IMG/VR virus record: IMGVR_UViG_3300017917_005108 | Location: 64,001 to 128,000 of that record | Source of the DNA: a virus | Direction: 5' to 3' (one strand) | DNA length: 64,000 bases | Shown: piece after piece, positions 48,161 through 58,211 of the stretch | How the letters are laid out: the number at the start of each line of letters is the position of its first letter | Position numbering within the stretch: position 1 is the first letter of the stretch | Translations under genes and position numbers: made by a program | Notes under the pieces: model-generated | What the model was told of the DNA's origin: nothing | Databases searched by the model: none | The model's input: only the letters and a program-made list of their open reading frames with translations

Positions 48161-48364
48161 ATGAGTAAAAAAATTACAGTAGAACTAACTAATGAAGAGT
48201 TTAAAACACTACACTCTGTTTTAGGTGATTATAAGAGAATAACAAGAGACCAATATTATAGATTTGTAAAAACTAACTATGTTTATTCAGAATGTCCTCT
48301 TAATAAGATTCGTTTTGATGAAGCACAAAGTCTTTTAAAAAAACTAGTTGAAGATCAACAATAA
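48161..48364 (+). CDS. Hypothetical protein
   Basis: TATAAT 7 nt upstream. Confidence 0.6.
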   Translation: MSKKITVELTNEEFKTLHSVLGDYKRITRDQYYRFVKTNYVYSECPLNKIRFDEAQSLLKKLVEDQQ

Positions 48365-48383
48365 TATAATATCATCTTTAAAA

Positions 48384-49118
48384 ATGGAAAATACATTATT
48401 CTTAAGTGACGATAAAATCTTTCATACAATAGAAGGGGAGGGTGAGTATGTTGGAAAGCCTTCAGTTTTTATGCGTCTATCTATGTGTAATTTAACTTGT
48501 AAAGGGTTTATTAGTGCTGATGCTCCTTACGGCTGTGATAGTTTTATTAGCTGGTCAATTAAAAACAAAATGACGTTTGATGAGATTAATACTTTACTTG
48601 ATGAGTCGGGGTATGTAAGATGGCTAAATAGAGGCGATATTTTTAAAATTACCGGTGGTGAACCTCTTATACAGCAAAAAAATCTTCTACAATTCATTGA
48701 TTCATTTATATTTAAATTTAAATTTATTCCAAGAATTGATTTTGAAACTAATGCTACTATTATGCCAGATTATCAGTGGTCTGATTGGTGTGCAACGTTT
48801 ACAACATCTCCAAAGCTATCTAATAACGGTGATCCTGAAGAGAAAAGATACAAACCAGAAGTTTTAGCTTGGCATGCCAAAAATGGCTCAGGATTTAAAT
48901 TTGTTGTTTCATCAGAAAAAGATTTAGATGAAATATTTGAAAAATATATTAATAGGTTTAATATTAGAAAAAATAAAGTATGGCTAATGCCCTGCTGTGG
49001 CAGTAGAGAAGAACACAATAAAGTTGCTCCTGTTGTAGCAGAAATATGTAAGAATACAGGTATTAATTTTAGTCCAAGGCTACAACTGGTAATTTGGGAC
49101 AAAGCGCTTAAAGTATAA
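48384..49118 (+). CDS. queE: 7-carboxy-7-deazaguanine synthase (radical SAM)
   Basis: 'TIEGEG..GKPSVFMR..CNLTC...CDS', 'ITGGEP', 'ETN', 'SPKL', 'KFVV', 'SPRLQ'. Confidence 0.9.
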   Translation: MENTLFLSDDKIFHTIEGEGEYVGKPSVFMRLSMCNLTCKGFISADAPYGCDSFISWSIKNKMTFDEINTLLDESGYVRWLNRGDIFKITGGEPLIQQKNLLQFIDSFIFKFKFIPRIDFETNATIMPDYQWSDWCATFTTSPKLSNNGDPEEKRYKPEVLAWHAKNGSGFKFVVSSEKDLDEIFEKYINRFNIRKNKVWLMPCCGSREEHNKVAPVVAEICKNTGINFSPRLQLVIWDKALKV

Positions 49119-49119
49119 T

Positions 49120-49863
49120 ATGAGAATTGCCATATCTGGCACAGCTTGTCAAGGTAAGACAACATTAATAAATGATTTTTTAAAAACCTGGCCTTCTTAT
49201 ACACGTTCTAATGAAAGCTATAGAAAGGTTCTAAAGGAAGAGAAGCTAAAGATTAATAAAGAAGTAACAAAAGATGGGCAATGGAAAATACTAAACTGCC
49301 TGATTAATGATTTACAAAATACTACTAGAGAAGACAAAATTATATTTGATAGATGTCCTTTAGATAATCTAGTATACTCTATGTGGAGTTATGAAAGAGG
49401 TACATCAGACATAGACAAAGAGTTTTTAGATAAATGCATTCCTTTAGTTAGAGAGAGCATGAGAATGCTTGATATTATTTTCTTTTTACCCATAACAAAA
49501 TTTTCACCTATTAAGATTGAAAAGAAAGAAAATAGAGAAATAGATCAAAATTATATTAAAGAAATTGACAATATTTTTAAGGCTATTGGACAACAATACA
49601 ATATTAATGGTGGGTTTCCTTTTTTCGTACATGATGATAAACCAGCTTTAATTGAAATATTCGGCACTCCAGAAGAAAGAATTGAAATGGTTAAGCTTTA
49701 TTTAGATAAAGATGGTGATGTTGTTAGTGAAAAAGAAAGTGTACTTAGTAATGAAAATCTTGAATTAATGGAAACTTTACTAGGTGTTCAAAAGCAAATA
49801 GATAAGAAAGAAAAAGAAGATCAAAGACTTAGAAGTAAATTCATGCTTAAGAAGAATAAATAA
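49120..49863 (+). CDS. P-loop nucleotide kinase (AAA_28/dNMP kinase-like)
   Basis: 'ISGTACQGKTT', 'FDRCPLD'. Confidence 0.7.
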   Translation: MRIAISGTACQGKTTLINDFLKTWPSYTRSNESYRKVLKEEKLKINKEVTKDGQWKILNCLINDLQNTTREDKIIFDRCPLDNLVYSMWSYERGTSDIDKEFLDKCIPLVRESMRMLDIIFFLPITKFSPIKIEKKENREIDQNYIKEIDNIFKAIGQQYNINGGFPFFVHDDKPALIEIFGTPEERIEMVKLYLDKDGDVVSEKESVLSNENLELMETLLGVQKQIDKKEKEDQRLRSKFMLKKNK

Positions 49864-49867
49864 TTAG

Positions 49868-50083
49868 GTGAGTAAGTTTAATAGTAAGTTTGAAGAACTA
49901 ACAGAAAGCTTTAAATCAATTCTTTACAAGAAAAGAGAATTTTATCCTAAGAATTTTAATTTATCTGAAGAGTTTGTAATCTCTTTTAGAAAAGAATATA
50001 AAAGACTTATTGATGAAGGTATGGAGCCGAAGAAAGCTCTTCTTAAGCTTAACAAAGCATTATTGTTTCACACAAAGTTTTAA
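49868..50083 (+). CDS. Small late protein
   Basis: GTG 5 nt after TAAATA (49857-49862). Confidence 0.65.
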   Translation: MSKFNSKFEELTESFKSILYKKREFYPKNFNLSEEFVISFRKEYKRLIDEGMEPKKALLKLNKALLFHTKF

Positions 50084-50802
50084 TTACCTGGTGCGTCTGA
50101 GAATCCGTAGAAGTACAATAATCTCCAGTAAATGTAATTAACATCGTTCTGCACTTGTTTAGCATTTACCACAAAAGTAAGATTTCTAAAAGATGAATTA
50201 TATGTTAATCTATCTATTACAGGTACTGTAGATAATGAGGGTCTGTTTGTTGTAATGTTTAATGGTCCACCGAGACCTGCAGGCTGTAGGGTGAAATGAT
50301 GGGGTTTTAAGTTTGAACCAACATCAGATGGTACATCAGTAAGATAAATTAGCTGTGAAGATAGACCACCTAAAATTGTTGCGTAGCCCCATCGTTCATA
50401 AATGTTACCTATAGCAGAAACAGATTGAATGAGATTATATAAAGAAACATATTCTGGAGATCCTATAGCATAAGATGCAGATGTAGTTACTCCATTTGTA
50501 ACTTCTAATCTATTAGTATAATTTATAGATCTATTTGTACCTTTTACTCCATTAGAAAAAATAGAATCAGCACTTAAAATACTTGTTTGAATTGTACTAA
50601 ATAAACTATCATTACCAGTTAATGCTGCAGGAAGTGCAACATTTCCCTCTAAATCTGTTTTTACAACATTAAAATTATCAAAAGTAATTGTTTGAGTACC
50701 ATCTTGTGTTTGTAAAATCAGTAAATCTGTGCCTAAAGCAAATTGAGATTGCGGAAGACTCTGAATACTTACAAAATTACTGTTAGAGCTGTTATTTGCC
50801 AT
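50080..50802 (-). CDS. Ser/Thr-rich late protein, probably a virion structural/fibre component
   Basis: TATAAATA at 50816-50809; 'SIQSLP...DLLILQT..GTQTI' fibre-type N-terminus. Confidence 0.6.
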   Translation of the reverse strand: MANNSSNSNFVSIQSLPQSQFALGTDLLILQTQDGTQTITFDNFNVVKTDLEGNVALPAALTGNDSLFSTIQTSILSADSIFSNGVKGTNRSINYTNRLEVTNGVTTSASYAIGSPEYVSLYNLIQSVSAIGNIYERWGYATILGGLSSQLIYLTDVPSDVGSNLKPHHFTLQPAGLGGPLNITTNRPSLSTVPVIDRLTYNSSFRNLTFVVNAKQVQNDVNYIYWRLLYFYGFSDAPGN

Positions 50803-50835
50803 TAATGATATTTATACTAAAATATAAAAGTCAAT

Positions 50836-51651
50836 ATGGATAAAATAGGCGTAGGCATAGTTACATGTAATAGACCTAATTTTTTTATTAAATGCTTTAA
50901 TGCTATACCTAACGATTTAGAGCTAGTTGTTATTAATGATGGTGCTGATTTTGAAGATGTTAAAAAACTTCAAGATAAAAGAAGCTTTACTTACGTACAT
51001 AATAAAGTAAATTTAGGTGTAGGAAAAAGCAAGAATATATTACTAAAAACATTAATACAAAAAGAATGTAATCACTTATTTTTAATTGAGGATGATATTA
51101 TAGTAAAAGATAAGAATGTCTTTAATGAATATATAAAAGCAAGAAATGTAACTGGCATTCAGCATTTTAATTTCGGGTATCATGGACCGGCTAATAAAAA
51201 CGGTATTTCAGGAGGCAAGCCTACACCTCGCTACGTTATAGATTATGGGGAAATAAAAATAGCTATTAATTTTAATAGTGTAGGTGCTTTTTGTTATTAT
51301 ACAAAAGAAGCTCTTGATAAAGTAGGAATGATTGACGAAGAGTACACCAACGCATTTGAACACGTTGATCACGATTATAGACTTTTTAAGGCGGGGTTTT
51401 ATACACCTTACTGGAATTTTGCAGATATAGCTAACAGCTGTGATTATCTAGATGAAATAGAATGTTCTGAAAAAAGCAGTGCAATAAGACCTAGGTCTGA
51501 TTGGAGAGAGAATATACAAAAAGGTGCAGAAATTTTTAGAAAAAGACATGGCTATCTACCAGCTTGGAATGGTGCTGTACCTGATACAAGTGAATCAGAT
51601 TTAAGAAGTATATTAAAAGAGATTTTTAAAAAACATGCTAAACGAAACTGA
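50836..51651 (+). CDS. GT2 glycosyltransferase
   Basis: 'GIVTCNRP', 'VINDG', 'NLGVGKSKN', 'LIEDD', 'EHVDH'. Confidence 0.85.
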   Translation: MDKIGVGIVTCNRPNFFIKCFNAIPNDLELVVINDGADFEDVKKLQDKRSFTYVHNKVNLGVGKSKNILLKTLIQKECNHLFLIEDDIIVKDKNVFNEYIKARNVTGIQHFNFGYHGPANKNGISGGKPTPRYVIDYGEIKIAINFNSVGAFCYYTKEALDKVGMIDEEYTNAFEHVDHDYRLFKAGFYTPYWNFADIANSCDYLDEIECSEKSSAIRPRSDWRENIQKGAEIFRKRHGYLPAWNGAVPDTSESDLRSILKEIFKKHAKRN

Positions 51652-52390
51652 TTTTATTATTCCAGCTTTTATGGATCATGAAGATAGAAAGAGAAATCTT
51701 TCTATTGTTTTAGCCTATCTTAAAAAGATAGGAGCAAAAAATGTTTATGTACGTGAGTATTATAAAGAACAAAGTAAAATAAAAGATTTAACTGATAGCT
51801 ACCCAGAATTTCATTTCTCTTTTAAAGAAAACAATGAATTATATTTTAATAAAATGCTTTGTATAAATGAGATATTTCTACAATTTTCTAAAAGTAAAGT
51901 TGTTAGTTTCTACGATGTTGATGTTTTATTTTCAAAAAAAGATCTTGTTGAGGCTTCAAATTTAATCTTAAACAAAACATACGATGTTGTCTATCCTTAT
52001 AACGGATATTTTTACGACATACCTGCTAAAACTGTTAATCAACTTGTAACAGATTTTAATACACCTATTAATTTAAGTGAATGCACCTTATTTAATAAGG
52101 GCTCTCATGGCGGTGGCGCTCTCTTTAACAGAGAGGTTTTTTATGAAGGTGGAATGTGTAATCCTAATTTTAAAAATGTAGGGTATGACGACGATGAAAT
52201 AAAATGGAGATTTTCTAAATTAGGTTATAAAATAGGTAGAACATCCGGTGTGCTCTTACATCTAAATCACTTTAGAGGTAACACATCATTTAATTACAAC
52301 GATTTTACAACAAATAACGTTAATGAAGTAGAAAAAGTTAGTAAGATGCCTCCAGAAGAGTTACGTCAGTATATTAAGAGTTGGTTATGA
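51635..52390 (+). CDS. GT7-like (galactosyltransferase-type) glycosyltransferase
   Basis: 'RKRNL', 'FNK...N', 'YDVD', 'GG...FN...GGMCNPNF..GYDDDE', 'HLNH'. Confidence 0.75.
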   Translation: MLNETDFIIPAFMDHEDRKRNLSIVLAYLKKIGAKNVYVREYYKEQSKIKDLTDSYPEFHFSFKENNELYFNKMLCINEIFLQFSKSKVVSFYDVDVLFSKKDLVEASNLILNKTYDVVYPYNGYFYDIPAKTVNQLVTDFNTPINLSECTLFNKGSHGGGALFNREVFYEGGMCNPNFKNVGYDDDEIKWRFSKLGYKIGRTSGVLLHLNHFRGNTSFNYNDFTTNNVNEVEKVSKMPPEELRQYIKSWL

Positions 52391-53190
52391 ATGTTCCATT
52401 GCTTAAGGGCGGAGTATGTAATCAGATGTTTCAAATAGCTGCTGTGTATGCTAATTGCTTAAAATATAATAATCAATTAGGAATAAATTACAAACTAAGC
52501 TTTGCTGCACACCAAGGCTTTCATCCTTCAAGATATAGAGAAACACTTTATAGAAATATTCTAGCTACTGAAGAAGTGCCTGAAAAAGTTTTTAGAAATC
52601 TTGGCCATCAATTTGTCGCTATACCTAATGAAAAGGATTTACTTATAGATGGCTATTTTCAGAGTTATAGATTTTTTTCTGAATACAATGAACAAATAAA
52701 AGAATTGTTTTGCTTCCCACAAAGCATAAAAGAAAAAATTAATAAAGTAAAAGAAAAAATTAATAAGTCATTTTGTGTTATTCATATACGTAGAGGTGAT
52801 TACAAGGTATTAGTTCCACATCATTTTGTGTGTACTAAGGAATACTATTTAAAGTGCGTAGATTTAATTAAAAGAGAAGCTGATAATATTAATTTTATTG
52901 TTATAACAGATGATAAGTCTCACGTTTATTCAGAATTTGAACAGCAATTTAATACTGGTGAATTTATAATTTCTAATTCACAAAATGAAATTGAAGATTT
53001 ATACCTCTTAACACAAGCTGACTATATAATTGGTAGTAATAGTTCTTTTTCTTGGTGGGGATCCTTTTTAAATAAAAATAAAAATAAATGCCTATTTCCA
53101 GATGTATGGTTTGGAAAAGAGGGTATAAAAGAGTATGGCCATCCTGAACTATACCTTGATTATATGACTAAGGTTTCAGTGAATGAATAA
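52387..53190 (+). CDS. GT11 alpha-1,2-fucosyltransferase-like protein
   Basis: 'GGVCNQMFQ', 'GYFQS', 'HIRRGDY', 'TDD', 'NSSFSWWG'. Confidence 0.9.
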   Translation: MNVPLLKGGVCNQMFQIAAVYANCLKYNNQLGINYKLSFAAHQGFHPSRYRETLYRNILATEEVPEKVFRNLGHQFVAIPNEKDLLIDGYFQSYRFFSEYNEQIKELFCFPQSIKEKINKVKEKINKSFCVIHIRRGDYKVLVPHHFVCTKEYYLKCVDLIKREADNINFIVITDDKSHVYSEFEQQFNTGEFIISNSQNEIEDLYLLTQADYIIGSNSSFSWWGSFLNKNKNKCLFPDVWFGKEGIKEYGHPELYLDYMTKVSVNE

Positions 53191-54043
53191 ATTAGTTATA
53201 GTAAGGGATGATTCTGCTGTTGGCTTAGGATCAACAATATTAAGAGTTTTACATCATTTATACTATCTAAAGCCTAATACTATTGCTTATTATGAAATGC
53301 AAAACAAATTATATTCAAATTTTGGTAATACATGGAACAAATTTTTAATACAGCCTTTTGAAGATAAAAAAAATATAATAAAAGAAAAGTTTAATAATAA
53401 CGATTATGAGCTAACGACAAGCTGGGGCAATGGTGAAAAATTTTTCTTAAGTTACGGTAAAGATCAAAAAAAAGATCAATTTACTAATGTAGAATTAGTA
53501 ACACCGGTAAGAGATGTTTTTAAAAAATACATTAAGGTAAAACCGTTTATCTACGATATTGCAAAAACGTTTTATCAAAAAAATTTGAATGAAAAAAAAG
53601 TATTATCTGTTCATATAAGAGGTACAGATATGTTTAATAGCCATGCGTCCGGACAACTACATTTAATGGATTATAAAAAATATATTAAGCCTTCTGTAGA
53701 AGAAGCACTTAGTAAAGATAATTATGACTGTATTTTTTTGGCTACCGATAATGCAGAAACAGTTAATAATTTTAAATGTGATTTTGGTAAAATTTTGATT
53801 AAAAGAAATACAGATTTAGTCTCAAAAGATAACCCTTATGGTCTACATTATTCTAATATTAATAGCTCTGATGAACAAAAATTTAAACTTGGAGTTGATA
53901 TGCTGGTAGATGCTATTATTATGTCTATGTGTAAGTATAGTCTTTGCGTAAGAAGTAATGTATCTATACTCAATATATTAATGAGAGATAATTTTAACTA
54001 CAATTTTATTGACGATCATATAGATTATGGGAGAGCTGGATAA
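53183..54043 (+). CDS. NodZ/GT23-like fucosyltransferase-fold protein
   Basis: 'VHIRGTD', 'IFLATD', 'SNVS'. Confidence 0.75.
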   Translation: MNKLVIVRDDSAVGLGSTILRVLHHLYYLKPNTIAYYEMQNKLYSNFGNTWNKFLIQPFEDKKNIIKEKFNNNDYELTTSWGNGEKFFLSYGKDQKKDQFTNVELVTPVRDVFKKYIKVKPFIYDIAKTFYQKNLNEKKVLSVHIRGTDMFNSHASGQLHLMDYKKYIKPSVEEALSKDNYDCIFLATDNAETVNNFKCDFGKILIKRNTDLVSKDNPYGLHYSNINSSDEQKFKLGVDMLVDAIIMSMCKYSLCVRSNVSILNILMRDNFNYNFIDDHIDYGRAG

Positions 54044-54885
54044 TGATTGAAGTAAACTTATTTGACGGTACTTTTGCACATTCAAAAGGAGAAAATGGGT
54101 TTCTTACATCTACTAAAGATCGTAAACCATTAGAAATACAGTATACTGAAAGGTTGCTAGATTACGACGGTGTTACAGTCTTTTGTGATGATTTAATGTA
54201 TAGTGAGTTTCCTGATAAAGTAAAATCAAAATATAAAGTTGCTTGGTGTCTAGAGTCTCCAGCGGTAAAGCCATACATTTCTGCGAGTTTACATGGAATA
54301 GCAGATAAATTTGACTATATTATCACTTTTAGAGAAGATTTAATTAAACTAAACCCTAAAAAGTTTCTACCTGCTATTGTAGGTGGTACCTGGATACCAG
54401 AGAGAGATCATTCTCTTTATACAGATCAAAAAACAAAAAAGTGTTCATTACTGCTGTCTGGAAAATCTTTTACTTCAGGTCAATCATTAAGACACCAAAT
54501 TGCACATAGTGTTGCAGGTATTGATATTATGGGTGGCGGATCAAAAACAGGTCATATCAAAAACAAACTAGATTCCTTAAAAAATTACAAATATAGTTTT
54601 ATTATAGAAAATTGTCAACATTATAATTATTTTACTGAAAAATTAATAGACTGCTTAGTCACTGGTACAGTTCCTATTTATTTTGGTTGTCCTAATATTA
54701 GTGATCACTTTAATATAAACGGATTTGTAGTTATAAACAATTTTAGAGACCTAGAAAACATAAAATTAACTAATGCTAAATATGAAGAATATAAACCATA
54801 TATTAAAGAGAATTTTGAAAAAGCTAAAAATTATCTTTCATCTGATGATAGTTTAGCTAAAATAATACAGAAATATATTTTATGA
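54043..54885 (+). CDS. GT10 alpha-1,3-fucosyltransferase-like protein
   Basis: 'YKYSFIIEN...NYFTEKLIDC..GTVPIYFG'. Confidence 0.85.
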   Translation: MIEVNLFDGTFAHSKGENGFLTSTKDRKPLEIQYTERLLDYDGVTVFCDDLMYSEFPDKVKSKYKVAWCLESPAVKPYISASLHGIADKFDYIITFREDLIKLNPKKFLPAIVGGTWIPERDHSLYTDQKTKKCSLLLSGKSFTSGQSLRHQIAHSVAGIDIMGGGSKTGHIKNKLDSLKNYKYSFIIENCQHYNYFTEKLIDCLVTGTVPIYFGCPNISDHFNINGFVVINNFRDLENIKLTNAKYEEYKPYIKENFEKAKNYLSSDDSLAKIIQKYIL

Positions 54886-55754
54886 GCCAACTTTCAATAA
54901 TTATTGCCTGTAGAGATGATGATTATGGATATAATATTCTCCATAGATTAGAAAAAGGTATTGAAAGCAATATAAGATTCTTAGAAAAATATAATATTTT
55001 TTATGAATATGTTATTGTTGACTGGTGTCCTTTTGATAACAAGAAAAACCTATACCAATTAGACCTTTTTAATAAATTTAAAAATAAAAATATAAAACAT
55101 GTTATTGTTGATAAAAACATAATAGAAGCTGAAAAATTAAACCCAAAAGTTTTTTACGAATTTTTTGCTAAAAATGCAGGTATAGTAAACGCAACAGGTG
55201 AGTATCTTTTGTTGACCAATTGCGATATTGTTCTTTCTAATAGCTTAACAAAAGATATAAAAAATGTTATTGAAAGCAAAAATAAAACAAATTTTTATAG
55301 ACCTAAATTTAGATGGAATATGCAGTTTTTAGAAAACGATGAAGTAAGAGTATTGAGAGAATGGAATCTGCCAGAAAATAGTACTATGGATAGAGAAATA
55401 GTAGGTGCATATTCCGGTGATTTTGTACTCGTAGATAGAAATATTTTTATAGAGAAATGTCAAGGTTACGATGAAGTATTTTATGGTCACAGAGATTTTT
55501 TAAAGTGGCAGACAGGAATGGACAGTGAAGCTTGTTGGAATTTAAAAAATAACAATATAAAATGTATTGTTTTTGATAGCGGATATTATCATATAGATCA
55601 TTCGAATATAATACCTACATCTCCTCATGATATAAAGCTATTAGATGGACATTATAGGGTAGATGTCAAATATACTAATAAGCCAGATTGGGGTTATAAA
55701 AATTACAATTCTATTAAAATAAATGATAATGTTATAAAATACTTTTCAAAATGA
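54882..55754 (+). CDS. GT-A fold glycosyltransferase
   Basis: 'RDDDYG', 'VIVDW', 'AKNAGIVNATGEYLLLTNCDI', 'GDF', 'HIDH'. Confidence 0.7.
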   Translation: MSQLSIIIACRDDDYGYNILHRLEKGIESNIRFLEKYNIFYEYVIVDWCPFDNKKNLYQLDLFNKFKNKNIKHVIVDKNIIEAEKLNPKVFYEFFAKNAGIVNATGEYLLLTNCDIVLSNSLTKDIKNVIESKNKTNFYRPKFRWNMQFLENDEVRVLREWNLPENSTMDREIVGAYSGDFVLVDRNIFIEKCQGYDEVFYGHRDFLKWQTGMDSEACWNLKNNNIKCIVFDSGYYHIDHSNIIPTSPHDIKLLDGHYRVDVKYTNKPDWGYKNYNSIKINDNVIKYFSK

Positions 55755-56542
55755 AAAAAGTATTGAGTTTTTGTTTGTGGGGTGACAAGGAAAAATATAA
55801 AGTAGGTTTAAAAGAAAATTTAAAATTAAAAGAATTATTTTATCCGGAATGGGAGTTTTGGCTTTATGTCCCAGAAGCTTATGATCTTTCCTTTTTAGGA
55901 AATGATATTTCTCAAATAGTAGTAAAGAAAGTTGCAGATAAGGAATGTTTTTTCTTTTCAATTTATAGATTTTTACCACCAATAGATCAAAGTGTAGATA
56001 TTTTTCAGGTAAGAGATTTAGATAGTCGACTTACATTGCGAGAAAGGCTTGCAGTAGATCAGTGGATATATTCTGGAAAAGAGCTTCATATAATGAGAGA
56101 TCATCCTCATCATACATTTGTAATAAACGCAGGTATGTGGGGAGCTAAGAGTAATAAGTTACGTAATATTGATTCAATGATTAAGAAAATGAATAGAGTA
56201 GAAACTAATTTTTTTATTGATTCAGAGTTTTTGAAATACGATTTATACCCCATCTTTAACAAAGATGAAATTTTTATTCACGATGAAATTTTTGATGATG
56301 GCAACACTTTTCCAATTAAAAGAAAATATGATGAGTATATAGGGTCACAGTATGATGAAAATAATATTTCAAATCAACAGAATGCTAGCTTACTATTAGG
56401 CTATTGCGATGCAAAAGAAAATACAATAAGAAATAATTTATTGAACAACCAGCACTATATTGAAGGTATTAATACTTTTAGATCATACACAGGCATGCCT
56501 AATAAGAATATGCTTGTTTATAGAAGTATGGTAAGATCTTAA
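55751..56542 (+). CDS. Putative glycosyltransferase-associated protein
   Basis: 'SFCLWG..KY..G', 'RDLDSRL..RE', 'HIMRDHPHH', 'AGMWG'. Confidence 0.6.
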   Translation: MKKVLSFCLWGDKEKYKVGLKENLKLKELFYPEWEFWLYVPEAYDLSFLGNDISQIVVKKVADKECFFFSIYRFLPPIDQSVDIFQVRDLDSRLTLRERLAVDQWIYSGKELHIMRDHPHHTFVINAGMWGAKSNKLRNIDSMIKKMNRVETNFFIDSEFLKYDLYPIFNKDEIFIHDEIFDDGNTFPIKRKYDEYIGSQYDENNISNQQNASLLLGYCDAKENTIRNNLLNNQHYIEGINTFRSYTGMPNKNMLVYRSMVRS

Positions 56543-57195
56543 AGATAGCAAAATAACTGTGGCCAAGTAAACTCCATTCCACCGTCTTTTGTACTGCAAT
56601 TATCTACTTTATTTCTATCTTTAAAGTTTTCTATTAAATCCTTATAAACACTCCTAGGCCATTTTTTAATAATATCTTTATGAACACAAAACTGTGCGTT
56701 TATAAAAGCTTCATGGTTTCTCTTATCAATTTCTAACCCTGTAGCTTTCCTTATTACAGAGTTTGCATCTAACCCAGCAGCTTGATTAATATCATAACAA
56801 CCAAAAGGGTGCTGTCCATTTCTATAGACGTTATGAGCACTCTGTTCCTCAGGGAATCCTGAATAGCATATTTTACATTCAGTTAAAAACATTATCTCAG
56901 GTAAATATTTTGAATTTACAAATGATAAAAAGTCTTTAAAGTGTACAAAAGGATCACCATGCACAAAGATTTCAAACGGTCTTAAGTTATCATAATTTTT
57001 AATTATATGAAACAAATAGGTATGACCCTCTCTACCAACATTACATAAGTTTATCTCTTCTCCATTAACATTATAGGAATCATATTCTGCAATATTATTA
57101 TTTTTGTTATATACAATATATTCACATTGAAGCTCTTTTACCCAAGAAATATCTTCTTGATACTTGGAAACAACTACCCTTCTGTTTGCATACAT
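56539..57195 (-). CDS. DUF3431-like putative glycosyltransferase
   Basis: 'VVSKYQEDISW', 'YNK', 'NVGREGHTYLFHIIKNYDNL'. Confidence 0.7.
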   Translation of the reverse strand: MYANRRVVVSKYQEDISWVKELQCEYIVYNKNNNIAEYDSYNVNGEEINLCNVGREGHTYLFHIIKNYDNLRPFEIFVHGDPFVHFKDFLSFVNSKYLPEIMFLTECKICYSGFPEEQSAHNVYRNGQHPFGCYDINQAAGLDANSVIRKATGLEIDKRNHEAFINAQFCVHKDIIKKWPRSVYKDLIENFKDRNKVDNCSTKDGGMEFTWPQLFCYL

Positions 57196-57221
57196 AAAAT
57201 AATAATATAATATAATTCAAC

Positions 57222-58211
57222 ATGAAAGCAACAATTGTTGGATGCGGACTGTCTGGAATTACCGCAGCAATAATTTTAAAAAATAAAGGCTATAAAGTAG
57301 AAATTTTTGATACAAGAAATCATATAGGCGGTAATTGTTATGACAGTAATGTATGTGGCACTATAGTACACAATTACGGTCCTCATATTTTTCATACTGA
57401 CGATGAAGAGGTGTTTGCATTTCTCTCAAACTATACAGAGTTTTTTCCATTTGAGTATAAACCATTAGGTGATACAGAGCTTGGTCTTATTTCATTACCG
57501 TATAGTAAAAAAACTATTAATGAATTAGGCAGAGAACTTACACAGGATGAAATTGTAAAATATATTTTTAAAGACTATTCTGAGAAGCAGTGGGGAGTAC
57601 CTTTTGAAAAAATACCAAAATCAATTACAAATAGAATACCCAAAACTAAAGATGATTTAGACCCTACATGGTACGGTAATCAAAAATATCAATGTATGCC
57701 TAAATTTGGATATACTAAGATGATGGAAAATATGTTAACTGATATCAAAGTAAATTTAGGAGTAGAAGAAAACACATGGAAAAAATATAATTCAGATTTA
57801 GTAATTTTTACCGGTAAAATAGATCAATATTTTGATTATATTCACGGCTATCTCCCCTATAGATCACTAGAATTTAACCATCACATTACAGATAAAAAAT
57901 TAGAAAGAGTAGTAATAAATCAAAATAATATGCGAAACAAATATACAAGAGTTTATGATCATAGCTATTTTACATACAATCATAAAGGAATAACAGTTGT
58001 AACCAAAGAGTATCCTGTGCAACATAATAATACAAATATACCTTTCTATCCAATTCCTTTTGGAGAAGGTGACAGCATATATAATAATCTATATAAACCC
58101 CTTGGTGAAAAAGAAAAAAATGTAATATTTTTAGGAAGATTGGCAACTTACAAATATTTGGATATGTGGATGGCTATAAAACAAGTCTTTTTAAGACTAA
58201 AAAATATTTGA
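57222..58211 (+). CDS. glf: UDP-galactopyranose mutase
   Basis: 'GCGLSG', 'HIGGNCYD', 'YGPHIFHT', 'YSEKQWG', 'LPYRSL', 'GRLATYKYLDM'. Confidence 0.92.
   Translation: MKATIVGCGLSGITAAIILKNKGYKVEIFDTRNHIGGNCYDSNVCGTIVHNYGPHIFHTDDEEVFAFLSNYTEFFPFEYKPLGDTELGLISLPYSKKTINELGRELTQDEIVKYIFKDYSEKQWGVPFEKIPKSITNRIPKTKDDLDPTWYGNQKYQCMPKFGYTKMMENMLTDIKVNLGVEENTWKKYNSDLVIFTGKIDQYFDYIHGYLPYRSLEFNHHITDKKLERVVINQNNMRNKYTRVYDHSYFTYNHKGITVVTKEYPVQHNNTNIPFYPIPFGEGDSIYNNLYKPLGEKEKNVIFLGRLATYKYLDMWMAIKQVFLRLKNI

Noticed and set aside
50836-58211. Bacterial O-antigen/capsule locus (host contamination or prophage boundary)
   Set aside because: There are no wzx/wzy/ABC export genes, the promoter style and composition match the phage, and phage core genes flank it on both sides.
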